NCBI GenBank assembly: GCA_009783465.1
Contig: WRDM01000002.1
Coordinates: forward strand, 42,097 to 106,096
Length of the DNA stretch: 64,000 nucleotides
Direction of reading: 5' to 3'
Source: Phycisphaerae bacterium
Lineage (GTDB): Bacteria > Planctomycetota > Phycisphaerae > SM23-33
The stretch's first letter is position 1; the number at the start of each line of letters is the position of its first letter. A program made the position numbers and the translations under genes. A model generated the notes under the pieces. That model was not told where the DNA came from, did not search any database, and was given only the letters and a program-made list of their open reading frames with translations. Positions 54,717 to 63,567 of this stretch are shown one piece after another.

Positions 54717-55991
54717 ATGGGCCGATTCCGCGTTACTATCGAGGTGACCGTGACAGAACGATTTCATATTCACGAGCTTCCCAACGGCCTGACGTTGCTG
54801 GGCCAGCCGATGGACGGCGTGTCGTCGGCGTCGATGTCGGTCCTGATCCCCATGGGCGCCGCCCACGACCCCGCCGACGCTGCCGGGGCCGCCGCCGTCA
54901 CGGCGGAGTGGCTCATCCGAGGCGCCGGCGACCGCAACAGCCGACAACTCAACGACGCCCTCGACGCGCTCGGCTGCCAACACGACGAAAGCGCCCAGGG
55001 CGAACACCTGCACGTCTCCACCGCGCAACTGGGCCGAAACCTCCCCGATATCCTCGCCATCGTCGCGGACATGCTCCGCAGGCCGAGGCTGGAAGACGAC
55101 ACCTTCGACCCCTGCCGGCAACTCATCCTCCAGGATCTCGAAACCCTCGAGGACGAGCCCGCCCGCAAGTGCAACATCCTGCTTCGCGAACGATTTTACC
55201 CGCACCCGCTGGGGCGAAACGTGCTCGGCCACGCCGACTGCCTCGCCGTCATGCAGCCGGCCGACGTGCGTCGCCACGCCCGTGCCGCCATGACGCCCGC
55301 CAAGGCCATCCTCGCCGTCGCCGGCAACATCGACTGGGACCGCTTCGTCAGCCTCGCCACGCAACTTTTCGGCGATTGGCAGGCCGCCCCCGCCAAGCCC
55401 GTCGACATCGCCGCCCAGCCACGCGGCGAAACACATATTCAAAAGGACACCGCCCAGACGCACATCGCGATGGCCCACGCCAGCGTCACCGTGCGACACC
55501 CGATGTACTACGCAGCCCGCGTCGCCGAAATCGTCCTCTCCGGAGGCATGAGCAGCCGGCTGTTCACCGAAGTCCGCGAAAAGCGAGGCCTTGTCTACGG
55601 TGTCTCCAGCCGATACCACAGCCTCAAGGACTACGCGGGCATGTTCACCTACGCCGGCACGCGCCCGGAGGTCGCCCAAACCACCTTCGACGTGACCGTG
55701 GGCGAAATCCGACGACTCGCCGAAGGCGTCACCGCCGACGAGATGGCCCGCGCCCGCACGCAGCTCAAAGCCGCCCTCATCATGCAGGGCGAATCCACCG
55801 GAGCCCGCGCCGGCGCCATCGCCGCCGACTACTACCACCTCGGCCGACTGCGAAGCCTCGACGAAATCGCCGCCGCCATCGAACACGTCACCGCCGACGA
55901 AGTCGCCGAATACCAAAAAGCGTTCCCGCCAGACAACCTCACGGTTCTCGTGCTCGGACCCGAGCCGGTGGAGATAGTCACAAGCCACTAG
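54717..55991 (+). CDS. M16 (pitrilysin) family peptidase-like protein, zinc-site motif absent (probable non-catalytic partner)
   Basis: M16 fold similarity across both halves but HxxEH replaced (…GAAHDPADAAG…); followed by active paralog. Confidence 0.6.
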   Translation: MGRFRVTIEVTVTERFHIHELPNGLTLLGQPMDGVSSASMSVLIPMGAAHDPADAAGAAAVTAEWLIRGAGDRNSRQLNDALDALGCQHDESAQGEHLHVSTAQLGRNLPDILAIVADMLRRPRLEDDTFDPCRQLILQDLETLEDEPARKCNILLRERFYPHPLGRNVLGHADCLAVMQPADVRRHARAAMTPAKAILAVAGNIDWDRFVSLATQLFGDWQAAPAKPVDIAAQPRGETHIQKDTAQTHIAMAHASVTVRHPMYYAARVAEIVLSGGMSSRLFTEVREKRGLVYGVSSRYHSLKDYAGMFTYAGTRPEVAQTTFDVTVGEIRRLAEGVTADEMARARTQLKAALIMQGESTGARAGAIAADYYHLGRLRSLDEIAAAIEHVTADEVAEYQKAFPPDNLTVLVLGPEPVEIVTSH

Positions 55992-56133
55992 CCACAAGAC
56001 ACCAGGTAAGGAACGACGACGGCAAAAAAACAACAACAGCGGGCCAAAATGGACAATGTGACGACGATCAGGATCGTATGACTCACAACAAAACTGGCCA
56101 TACCTTGTGGCTAGTGGCTGGTGGCTTGTGGCT
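55981..56133 (+). repeat. operon-hairpin element (OPH family, 'ccacaagccactagccac' variant), forward orientation, between the two M16 genes
   Basis: caagccactagccacaagacaccaggtaaggaacgacgacggcaaaaaaacaacaacagcgggccaaaatgg...atcaggatcgtatgactcacaacaaaactggccataccttgtggctagtggctggtggcttgtggctc. Confidence 0.8.
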
Positions 56134-56166
56134 CTTGCCCACCAGACGTTGTGTAAGGAAAAACCA

Positions 56167-57393
56167 ATGAATTTCCACGAAATCACGCTCGATAACGGTT
56201 TGCGGATCATCGCGGAGGTCAACCCGGCCGCCCAGAGCATGGCCGCGGGGTTTTTCGTCCGCACAGGGTCGCGCGACGAAACGCCCGGCGTCGCGGGCGT
56301 CAGCCATTTCCTCGAACACATGATGTTCAAGGGCACCGCCAAACGATCCGCCGCCGACGTCAACCTCGAGTTCGACAACATGGGCGCCAACTACAACGCC
56401 TTCACCTCCGAGGAATCCACCGTCTACTACGGCGCCGTCCTGCCCGAATTCCAGGACCGACTCATGGACCTGCTGTGCGACATGCTTCGGCCGGCCCTGC
56501 GGCAAGAGGACTTCGACGTCGAAAAAAACGTCATCCTCGAAGAAATCGCCCTCTACGACGATCAGCCGAGATTCCGCGTATACGACGGCCTGATGGGCCA
56601 CTTCTTCCACAGCCATCCGCTGGGACAAAGCATCCTCGGCTCGCGGCAGTCGATCGGTGAACTTCAGCGCGATCAGATGAAAGCGTACTTCGATGCCCGC
56701 TACGCGGCGGACAACATCACCGTCGTCACGGTAGGCCACGTCGACCTCGACGCGTTCGTGAAAAAAGTCCACGCCCTGTGCAGCCCGTGGAAGCCCAGCC
56801 AGGCCGGCCGAGCGACGCCGCCCCAACCGTCGCCGGTGGGCGTGAAAATCCTCCACGACGAAAAAATCGTCCGCGAACACCTCGGCCTGATGAGCCCCGC
56901 CCCCACCGCGCAGGCCGACAACATCCACGCCGCGCAACTGCTCGCCGCCATCCTCGGCGACAGCACGGGAAGCCGACTCTACTACGCCCTCGTCGAACCC
57001 GCCCTCGTCGACGAAGCCTCCATGACCTACGACGCCCTCGACCAGGCCGGCGGATTCATGACCTTCCTCTCCACCGACCCCGACCGCGCCGCACGCGTCC
57101 TCGAAATCGCCCACACGGAATTCCGCCGATTCATGGCCGAGGGCCCCACCGACGCCGAATTGGCCGCCGCCAAAAACAAACTCGCCTCCGCCGCCACGCT
57201 CAAAGGCGAACTCCCCATGGGACGGCTCACCGCGGTCGGATTCGACTGGGTATACCGCCACGAATACCTGCCGCTCCCCCAACGCATCGAACACATGTTC
57301 GCCGTGACAGGCCAACAAATCCACGAACTGGCCAACACCTTCGACCTGACAAAAACCGCCTGCCTGGCCCTGGGCCCGCTGGAGAACATCTAG
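56167..57393 (+). CDS. M16 (pitrilysin) family zinc peptidase, catalytic subunit
   Basis: Intact inverted zinc motif HFLEHMMFKGT; M16 N- and C-domains. Confidence 0.7.
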   Translation: MNFHEITLDNGLRIIAEVNPAAQSMAAGFFVRTGSRDETPGVAGVSHFLEHMMFKGTAKRSAADVNLEFDNMGANYNAFTSEESTVYYGAVLPEFQDRLMDLLCDMLRPALRQEDFDVEKNVILEEIALYDDQPRFRVYDGLMGHFFHSHPLGQSILGSRQSIGELQRDQMKAYFDARYAADNITVVTVGHVDLDAFVKKVHALCSPWKPSQAGRATPPQPSPVGVKILHDEKIVREHLGLMSPAPTAQADNIHAAQLLAAILGDSTGSRLYYALVEPALVDEASMTYDALDQAGGFMTFLSTDPDRAARVLEIAHTEFRRFMAEGPTDAELAAAKNKLASAATLKGELPMGRLTAVGFDWVYRHEYLPLPQRIEHMFAVTGQQIHELANTFDLTKTACLALGPLENI

Positions 57394-57555
57394 AGCGGTT
57401 CCAGCTTGCATGGTGACTGCTGGCCGTCGCCGAGGACGAGCCAGGCCAGGAGGCCGAAGCAGCCGATGCATCGCATCGGCGATGCAGGCCGACGCCGCCT
57501 GGCGACGCCGCAGGCAGGCCAGCAGGCACCATGCAAGCTGGAACCGCTCTAGGGT

Positions 57556-58299
57556 TTATTGCGGCGCCGGCGGCAGTTCCGCCAGGTTTTGTCGGATGGT
57601 TTGGTAGAGTGTGTTCGTCCACTCCGGCGTGGGCGGCATGGTGGCGGGCAAGTCGCGGACGCGGAAATCCACGGGCGTCAGGATGATCGAACAATTTTTG
57701 ATGCCCGTGTCGGCGGCGAGGATGAAGAGTTCCTCGGCCACGTCGTCGCCCATGGCGAGGCAGCCGATGGACGCGGTGCCGCCGTGGATCATGATGTCGC
57801 CTCCGAGGTTTCGTCGGCCGTCGGCGGTGCCCATGCGGCGGTCGAACGCGTTGGGGTAGCTCACGCGGAGCGAGAGGTGGAAGCGGCTGTTGGGGTTGAG
57901 CGACTCGACGTCGTAGATCCCTTCGGGCACCTGCCGGTCGCCCTCGCGGAGTTTAGGCCCGAGCGTGCCGCTGGCGCCGAGGATCGGGTAGGTCACGATC
58001 CATCGGAACGGCTGATCCGTGGCCGCCCGTCCCCAGACCTCCAGTTTCGCCGTGTCCTTGATGCCGACGAAGAGGACCTCCTTCGGCGGATAGTCCAGCC
58101 CCGCCTGACGAAAAGGCCCCGCCAGCCGCCCCCTCGCCGCCGCCCCGTACTGTTCCACGCGCTGCACCACCGTCGCCTTGCCGCCCCGCGCGGGATCTGT
58201 AACGTCTGGTGAATTAAAACGCACGAAATACACGAGAATTCCCAACAATAATAGGATCAGGACGAGACCGGCCGCTTGGGTGTACGGATTGCGGGACAT
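57556..58299 (-). CDS. L,D-transpeptidase (YkuD family) with N-terminal membrane anchor
   Basis: MSRNPYTQAAGLVLILLLLGILVYFV anchor; catalytic HGGTASIGCLAMGDD (His...Ser-x-Gly-Cys). Confidence 0.7.
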   Translation of the reverse strand: MSRNPYTQAAGLVLILLLLGILVYFVRFNSPDVTDPARGGKATVVQRVEQYGAAARGRLAGPFRQAGLDYPPKEVLFVGIKDTAKLEVWGRAATDQPFRWIVTYPILGASGTLGPKLREGDRQVPEGIYDVESLNPNSRFHLSLRVSYPNAFDRRMGTADGRRNLGGDIMIHGGTASIGCLAMGDDVAEELFILAADTGIKNCSIILTPVDFRVRDLPATMPPTPEWTNTLYQTIRQNLAELPPAPQ

Positions 58300-58333
58300 G
58301 TCAATCTTTCGAGTATACGAATAACATTTCGCG

Positions 58334-58423
58334 ATGGCTTTGCCTGTTTGCGCTGTAGAACGGTGTGAGCGAAAGAATATTCTTTCGCTCACACCGTTCT
58401 ACAGCGCAAACAGGCAAAGCCAT
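58334..58423. repeat. palindrome (short BPAL variant: atggctttgcctgtttgcgctgtagaacggtgtgagcgaaagaatattctttcgctcacaccgttctacagcgcaaacaggcaaagccat)
   Basis: Perfect 40-bp arms. Confidence 0.85.
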
Positions 58424-58430
58424 ATCCGTG

Positions 58431-61160
58431 TCACTCTTTTTCCGGTTGTTTTTCCGATGGTTCCCGCACAAAGATTGCCGTGCGGGCTTCGGTTTTGTTG
58501 CCGTCTTTGTCGGTGGCGACGGCGGACAGGCCATGCCAGACGCCCGGTTTGGCCTTCGACGCGTCCCAGACGGCCTCGAAGCCGCATTCGGTTTTCTTCA
58601 CGCCCTCCAGCGCGACGCCGCCGACAAAGATGTCCACTTTCACGTCTTCGACGAGGGTGTTGCTGGCCGCGGCCACCACCACGTTCACCTTGCCGCGGAC
58701 GTGCGCGTCGGTCAACGGTGAGGCGAATGCGCACGTCACGCCTTTGATGAAATGTCGTTTGCCGTCTTTCATCGGCGCGATGCGCACCACCGCTTCGCCC
58801 GGCTTGAGCGTGAGCGGTCCGCCGGTGTACTTGTCGGCCCGCAACGTCATGCCGTGCACGCGATGCACGACATACGTGGCACTGGCGCGTATGCCCATCC
58901 GCGAGATGACGCGATCCTCGGCATCCACCGTGACATCATCCGTGGCGTCAGCGGATGGAAACGGCAGGTTGTCAATCGTCCGCACACCGTTCGTCATATT
59001 AATCGCGATCACCATCTCGCCGTCCTTGCCTTTTCGCGCGCCGGTGAAGATGCCTTCGCCAAGGTATGGCGCGTGGGTTTGTGGCAGGAGCATGTAGGGT
59101 TCGAGGTTTTCGATCAGCCGGAACGCGGCGGCCATGGACAGCCAGCGGTCCGTGCCCGCTTCGAACGGGTGGGCGCCGGTCTGGAGTTCGGCCTCGCTGC
59201 CGGGCTTGTTCATCCGCCGTTCGTCGCGCCAACCCTGGTAGTCGAAGCTGTAGACCCGCACGCCCGCCATGCCGGCGGCGGGGGCGTACATCAGGATCGT
59301 GCTATTGGTGGGCGTGGCGGGCTGGCCCGGCGGACAAAGCGAGAGGTCCTGGCCGGGCACGTACTGCGAACCTTCGCCGCGCTTCTTGTAGAACGGCCCG
59401 CATCCGCTGGCGAGCAGGAGCATGGGCTTGTCGCGCTGAAGGCCGTAGAGGCGGTCGTCGACGCAGCGGCGGAGGGCGTCGAGTTCCTGCGGATGGCTGC
59501 CGCCGGTGTTGTACGCGCGTCGCCAGGCGAGGATGTCCCAGAAGAGCGTCGCGTAATCGCTGAACCGCGGGTCGCCCATCCACGCCGAGGAGGCCTGGTG
59601 CGAGCTGATCCCGCCGATCGGCCAGGTGATGCCGGGGCGGCCCTTGACTCCGTTGATCGTCTTCATCAATCGGAGGAAGGCGTCGTCCTTGAACGGAAAC
59701 TCGCCTCTATCCCATCGGCCGTCGGTGGGCACGGGCGTGTCGCCCCAGAGGAAGGAGACCTCGTCGATCATCTCGATGCCGACGACGCGTTTGGAGTCCG
59801 CGGCGGCCTGGAAGGCAGCCTGGACGGCCTTGGGTCCCCATTCGAGGTTGATGCTTCCGTTCATTTCGTTGCGTGTGCGTGCGACGTCGTCGCCGTGCAG
59901 CAGCATCGGCATGTCCAGTTTTTCGCTCAAGGCGAGTTGTGCATCCCAGCGGGATTTCCAGCCGGGGAACCACTCGTCAAAACTTTTCGCGCCGCCGTCA
60001 GCAGGGTTGTTGTAGAGTCCGCCGCTGAGGACGTTGAGGCCGGCGGCCCTGACGGCTTCGGGCAGGCCCGGCGTGCGGTCGATTTCGTGGGGTTCGAGCG
60101 TGAACATCGTGCGGACCCACAGCGATTTTTTCGGGTCGTATTCGGTCAGAATCGAGCCGTCGCGGCCAAAATGCGCGAACCCGTGCGGCTTGTCGACGAT
60201 GATCGTAATTTTTTTCTCGGTCGAGCCGTCCAGGAACGGACCCGTGATGGTGAGTGTCGTGACGCCCGGCGCGACGGCGGTAACGTCGCGCTTGTCGTCG
60301 ATGGTGGCGACGGCCGTGTCGGCGATGGGGCCGCAGGAGGACATGACGTTGCCTCCCTTGTCGTTAAAGACGGCAACCGGATTCAAGTTGATGCTCTCGC
60401 CGGGCGCGAGATAGACGCGGTTGAACCTGGGCTCGAGGTACGGTAACGGCGGTTCATTCTCCGTGACGAACATCCGCCGGAGCATGGCGCAGGTGGGGAC
60501 GTCTTTTTTGAACGCGGCCACCTGGACGAACAGTTCGTGCGGGCCGTTGGGCAGGCGGGCGGTGTCGAGTTCGACCTCGATCTCGGCGGCGCCGAATTTG
60601 TGCGTGTGCTGCACGCCGTCGATGAAGACCATGATGGATTCGATGGCCTTGTCGGGGTGCTGGCCGGCGGCTTGGTTGGCTTCGCGGTCGGCATCGGTCA
60701 TGGTTCGCTCGGCGTGGAGTTTCAGTTTGACGACGCCGGTGAGCGGCTTGGACAAATCCGCGCCGCTGACGGTGACGCGCCCGCCGAAGCCGTTGTCGAT
60801 CCGCATCGCGACGGGCTTGCTCGTGGCGACGGTTTCGCCCTTGCCGTTGACGACGACGGCCTCCAGCACGGCATCGGTGTCCCACACGTACGCGGTGTGC
60901 CACGCGAACGTAAACGGCGGTTGCATGATGGGGCCGCACAATGGCGCGCCGTCGAGGACAAACTGCACGCCGCCGCCTTCGGGCAGTTCGCCGTCGAGTT
61001 TCGCCTCCATCGCGACCGGCCCCTTGATCGTGCCCGCCTTGGGCGAGACGATGGAGACGGTCGGTGGATCATTATCCGGGTTTCTTCGCTCCAGGGCGTG
61101 GAACGAAGACGAACAGGCGACCGTCACAACCAAGGCCACCGCAATACTCGAACGTTTCAT
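58431..61160 (-). CDS. large secreted lipoprotein (909 aa) with Ig-like N-terminal repeats and a central glycosidase-like domain; function unknown
   Basis: Signal plus lipobox (VTVACSS); no confident family assignment from sequence alone. Confidence 0.4.
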   Translation of the reverse strand: MKRSSIAVALVVTVACSSSFHALERRNPDNDPPTVSIVSPKAGTIKGPVAMEAKLDGELPEGGGVQFVLDGAPLCGPIMQPPFTFAWHTAYVWDTDAVLEAVVVNGKGETVATSKPVAMRIDNGFGGRVTVSGADLSKPLTGVVKLKLHAERTMTDADREANQAAGQHPDKAIESIMVFIDGVQHTHKFGAAEIEVELDTARLPNGPHELFVQVAAFKKDVPTCAMLRRMFVTENEPPLPYLEPRFNRVYLAPGESINLNPVAVFNDKGGNVMSSCGPIADTAVATIDDKRDVTAVAPGVTTLTITGPFLDGSTEKKITIIVDKPHGFAHFGRDGSILTEYDPKKSLWVRTMFTLEPHEIDRTPGLPEAVRAAGLNVLSGGLYNNPADGGAKSFDEWFPGWKSRWDAQLALSEKLDMPMLLHGDDVARTRNEMNGSINLEWGPKAVQAAFQAAADSKRVVGIEMIDEVSFLWGDTPVPTDGRWDRGEFPFKDDAFLRLMKTINGVKGRPGITWPIGGISSHQASSAWMGDPRFSDYATLFWDILAWRRAYNTGGSHPQELDALRRCVDDRLYGLQRDKPMLLLASGCGPFYKKRGEGSQYVPGQDLSLCPPGQPATPTNSTILMYAPAAGMAGVRVYSFDYQGWRDERRMNKPGSEAELQTGAHPFEAGTDRWLSMAAAFRLIENLEPYMLLPQTHAPYLGEGIFTGARKGKDGEMVIAINMTNGVRTIDNLPFPSADATDDVTVDAEDRVISRMGIRASATYVVHRVHGMTLRADKYTGGPLTLKPGEAVVRIAPMKDGKRHFIKGVTCAFASPLTDAHVRGKVNVVVAAASNTLVEDVKVDIFVGGVALEGVKKTECGFEAVWDASKAKPGVWHGLSAVATDKDGNKTEARTAIFVREPSEKQPEKE

Positions 61161-61408
61161 CGGAAGTCTCCTTGAAATGTATTGTGCCGTGGGACCAAGT
61201 GTTTTTTACCACAGAGACACAGAGAAAAGAAGGTGCTCGTGCTTGTCGTGCTCGCAAAATGTTTTCAACGACTTGGCCTTTTTGTGTTGCAGGGTATTGA
61301 CAATAACAGGGTGCTCCCCGGTCTCGCGTGGACGTGTTGGCACGTAGCCGCGACGGGGCGGCCGACCATTGGGTATTCATGCAACAAGGCTACCGTCTGA
61401 AATCCAGC

Positions 61409-61897
61409 TCACTCTCGTTTGCCGAGTTGGTGGTCGATGACGAGGAGGGCGGCGTTGTTGTCGCCGGCGAGTTTGAGTTGTTCGACGTTTCGGGTGGCGG
61501 AGGCTTCTTCTTCGACCTGGTGGATGAGGAACCACTGGAGGAACGCGCCGGCGGCGTGGTCTTTTTCGGCGGCGGCCAGCGTGTGGAGGTCGTTAACGGC
61601 GGCGGTGGTTTTTTGTTCGTGCTTCAGCGCGGTCTCGAAGGCGGCCAGCGGCAGCGGCCACTCGAACGGCGGGGCCTCGACCGCGCCGATTTTCACCTGC
61701 CCGCCTCGATCGACGAGGTAGTGGAAAAATTTCATCGCGTGCGCGCGTTCTTCCCCGGCCTGGGCGTGCATCCACCGCGCCATGCCGGACAACCCGGCGG
61801 ATTCGAAACTGGCGGCCATCGACAGATACAGATTCGACGAAAACATCTCATGAACAAGCTGCCGATTGAACGCGTCCTGTAGCCGCTGGCTGATCAT
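61409..61897 (-). CDS. non-heme ferritin (ferritin-like diiron four-helix bundle)
   Basis: ORF trimmed to MISQRLQDAFNRQLVHEMFSSNLYLSMAASF; diiron ligand pattern E..ExxH...E...ExxH (EERAHAMKF, HEQKTT). Confidence 0.7.
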   Translation of the reverse strand: MISQRLQDAFNRQLVHEMFSSNLYLSMAASFESAGLSGMARWMHAQAGEERAHAMKFFHYLVDRGGQVKIGAVEAPPFEWPLPLAAFETALKHEQKTTAAVNDLHTLAAAEKDHAAGAFLQWFLIHQVEEEASATRNVEQLKLAGDNNAALLVIDHQLGKRE

Positions 61898-62040
61898 ACG
61901 AACTCCTTGGTTCCCATTACTTTTTATATACGCCAATCGCGATACGGGCAACAGGGAAAGCGGGAAATCTCAGGCCATCGCCGTGTATTTACCCCAGGGC
62001 GAATGCGTGTGCATTTTCCAGTTTTCACGTATTTCTTCAT

Positions 62041-62170
62041 ATTCAGGCGCAATTGGCCACAGGCCCTGCCAGTTTGCGTTGCAAAACGGTATGAGCGACA
62101 GAACGCTTCGGTTGTCACAACGATCGACAACGCAAACTGGCAGGGCCTGTGGCCAATTGCGCCTGAATAT
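62041..62170. repeat. large palindrome (BPAL family)
   Basis: attcaggcgcaattggccacaggccctgccagtttgcgttgcaaaacgg...caacgcaaactggcagggcctgtggccaattgcgcctgaatat. Confidence 0.85.
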
Positions 62171-62256
62171 GAACCCCCTGTGAAAAGAGGGCTGTATATG
62201 CGTTTGTCGTGGCATTTCCTCTTGGCCAATGGCTGAAACGACGGTACCTTTTCGGC

Positions 62257-63345
62257 ATGCATGATGTCGTGATTGAACGCGTGCCTTTGTCGCGTCGGCG
62301 GGCAGCGATGAGGTTTCTCATCGGCGGTTCGTCGCGCGACACGTTTACGCGGATGCAGGCGGATTCGTTGTATCAGCGCACGCTGGGCGCCGACGCGGGC
62401 CTGGCGGAATTGTGGTGGGCGCGGCGAGGGCGGACGGAGCTGGCGGCGGCGATGATCTATCACAACGTCGGACGGACAGGCACGCTGTTGGCCAGTCCGG
62501 CGGCAGCGCCGGACGTCGACGCCCAACAACTCGCCCGCCTCGTCGGCGAACTGTCGCGGGCCGAAATCCGCCGCGGGTTGTCGATGATCCAGACACTCCT
62601 GCCGGCCGAGGCGAAACCCGAATTGGCCATGCTCGGCCAGGCGGGTTATCACCGCTTGGCCGAACTGGCGTACATGCAGCTGGCCGTGCCGCTGGCGTGT
62701 AACACGGGCATCTTGCCCATGAGTCGCATGGGCGTCCCGCCCATGCAAACGCCGCCAGCAGATCAGGCCTTCACATCACAGATAAATACAAACGAAGCGA
62801 TTATGCCATATGCCGAGCATGGGCGAGACGCCCATGCGGCTCACGGGCAAGATGCCCGTGCTACGTTTCACGTCGCAGCCGAGTTTCCCGCGCGGGAGCT
62901 GGAACAGATCATCCGCCGCAGTTACGAGGACTCGCGGGATTGTCCGGGACTGGCGGGCGTGCGCGATCTCGGCGACGTCGTCGCGGGGCATCGCGCCAGC
63001 GGGCTGTTCTCGCCCGAAAGCTGGTGGATCGTCCACGTCGAGGGCCAATCGGCAGGCTGCCTGCTGCTGAACGAATCCCTCACCGGGCAGGACGGCGAAA
63101 TCGTCTACCTCGGCGTGGCGCCGGAATTTCGCCGCCAGGGCATCGCACGGACCATGCTCGTCCAGGCGATTTCGCACGCACAGCGCGTCTCCTGGCGGCG
63201 GTTGACGCTGGCCGCCGACTCGTCAAACCTGCCTGCCGTCAGGCTTTACGAATCGTTCCAGTTCGCCGTCTCGCACCGTCGCGACGCCTGGATTTTCACG
63301 CGGCGCGACGTGGCTGAGGGTTTCCCCTCAAAAAACCGCTGTTAA
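62257..63345 (+). CDS. GNAT-family N-acetyltransferase with in-frame palindromic element in N-terminal half
   Basis: C-terminal GNAT core (VYLGVAPEFRRQGIARTML, acetyl-CoA Q/RxxGxA motif); insert CNTGILPMSRMGVPPMQTPPADQAFTSQINTNEAIMPYAEHGRDAHAAHGQDARATFHVA at 62705-62872. Confidence 0.55.
   Translation: MHDVVIERVPLSRRRAAMRFLIGGSSRDTFTRMQADSLYQRTLGADAGLAELWWARRGRTELAAAMIYHNVGRTGTLLASPAAAPDVDAQQLARLVGELSRAEIRRGLSMIQTLLPAEAKPELAMLGQAGYHRLAELAYMQLAVPLACNTGILPMSRMGVPPMQTPPADQAFTSQINTNEAIMPYAEHGRDAHAAHGQDARATFHVAAEFPARELEQIIRRSYEDSRDCPGLAGVRDLGDVVAGHRASGLFSPESWWIVHVEGQSAGCLLLNESLTGQDGEIVYLGVAPEFRRQGIARTMLVQAISHAQRVSWRRLTLAADSSNLPAVRLYESFQFAVSHRRDAWIFTRRDVAEGFPSKNRC
62705..62872 (+). repeat. in-frame palindromic element (IPE family, catgggcg/cacgggca hairpin-unit variant with AT-rich centre) inside GNAT gene
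   Basis: gggcatcttgcccatgagtcgcatgggcgtcccgcccatgc...(AT-rich 45 nt)...gagcatgggcgagacgcccatgcggctcacgggcaagatgcccgtgctacgtttcacg. Confidence 0.8.
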
Positions 63346-63350
63346 TCCCC

Positions 63351-63359
63351 TGTGGATAG
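63351..63359. promoter_or_regulatory. DnaA box (tgtggatag = cTATCCACA, one mismatch)
   Basis: ~210 nt upstream of dnaA start. Confidence 0.4.
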
Positions 63360-63407
63360 AAGTTTTTTTTTCGCGGTAAGTTCCCGCATGCATCGGCACT
63401 TGAATAC

Positions 63408-63416
63408 TGTGGATAA
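63408..63416. promoter_or_regulatory. DnaA box, perfect consensus (tgtggataa = TTATCCACA)
   Basis: ~150 nt upstream of dnaA start; pairs with box at 63351. Confidence 0.55.
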
Positions 63417-63567
63417 TCGTAAGCCAATTCACCCCCTTGCAGATCGGGGAATTCCGCAGTAAAACCTCATCCACTTCGGCAGCAAGCCGCTGTCGAAGTT
63501 CGTGTGGCATGAGGCCGCGCGGCGTTGGCTGTCATGACGGATCGCCCCGTTCGACAAGGACCGAAAC

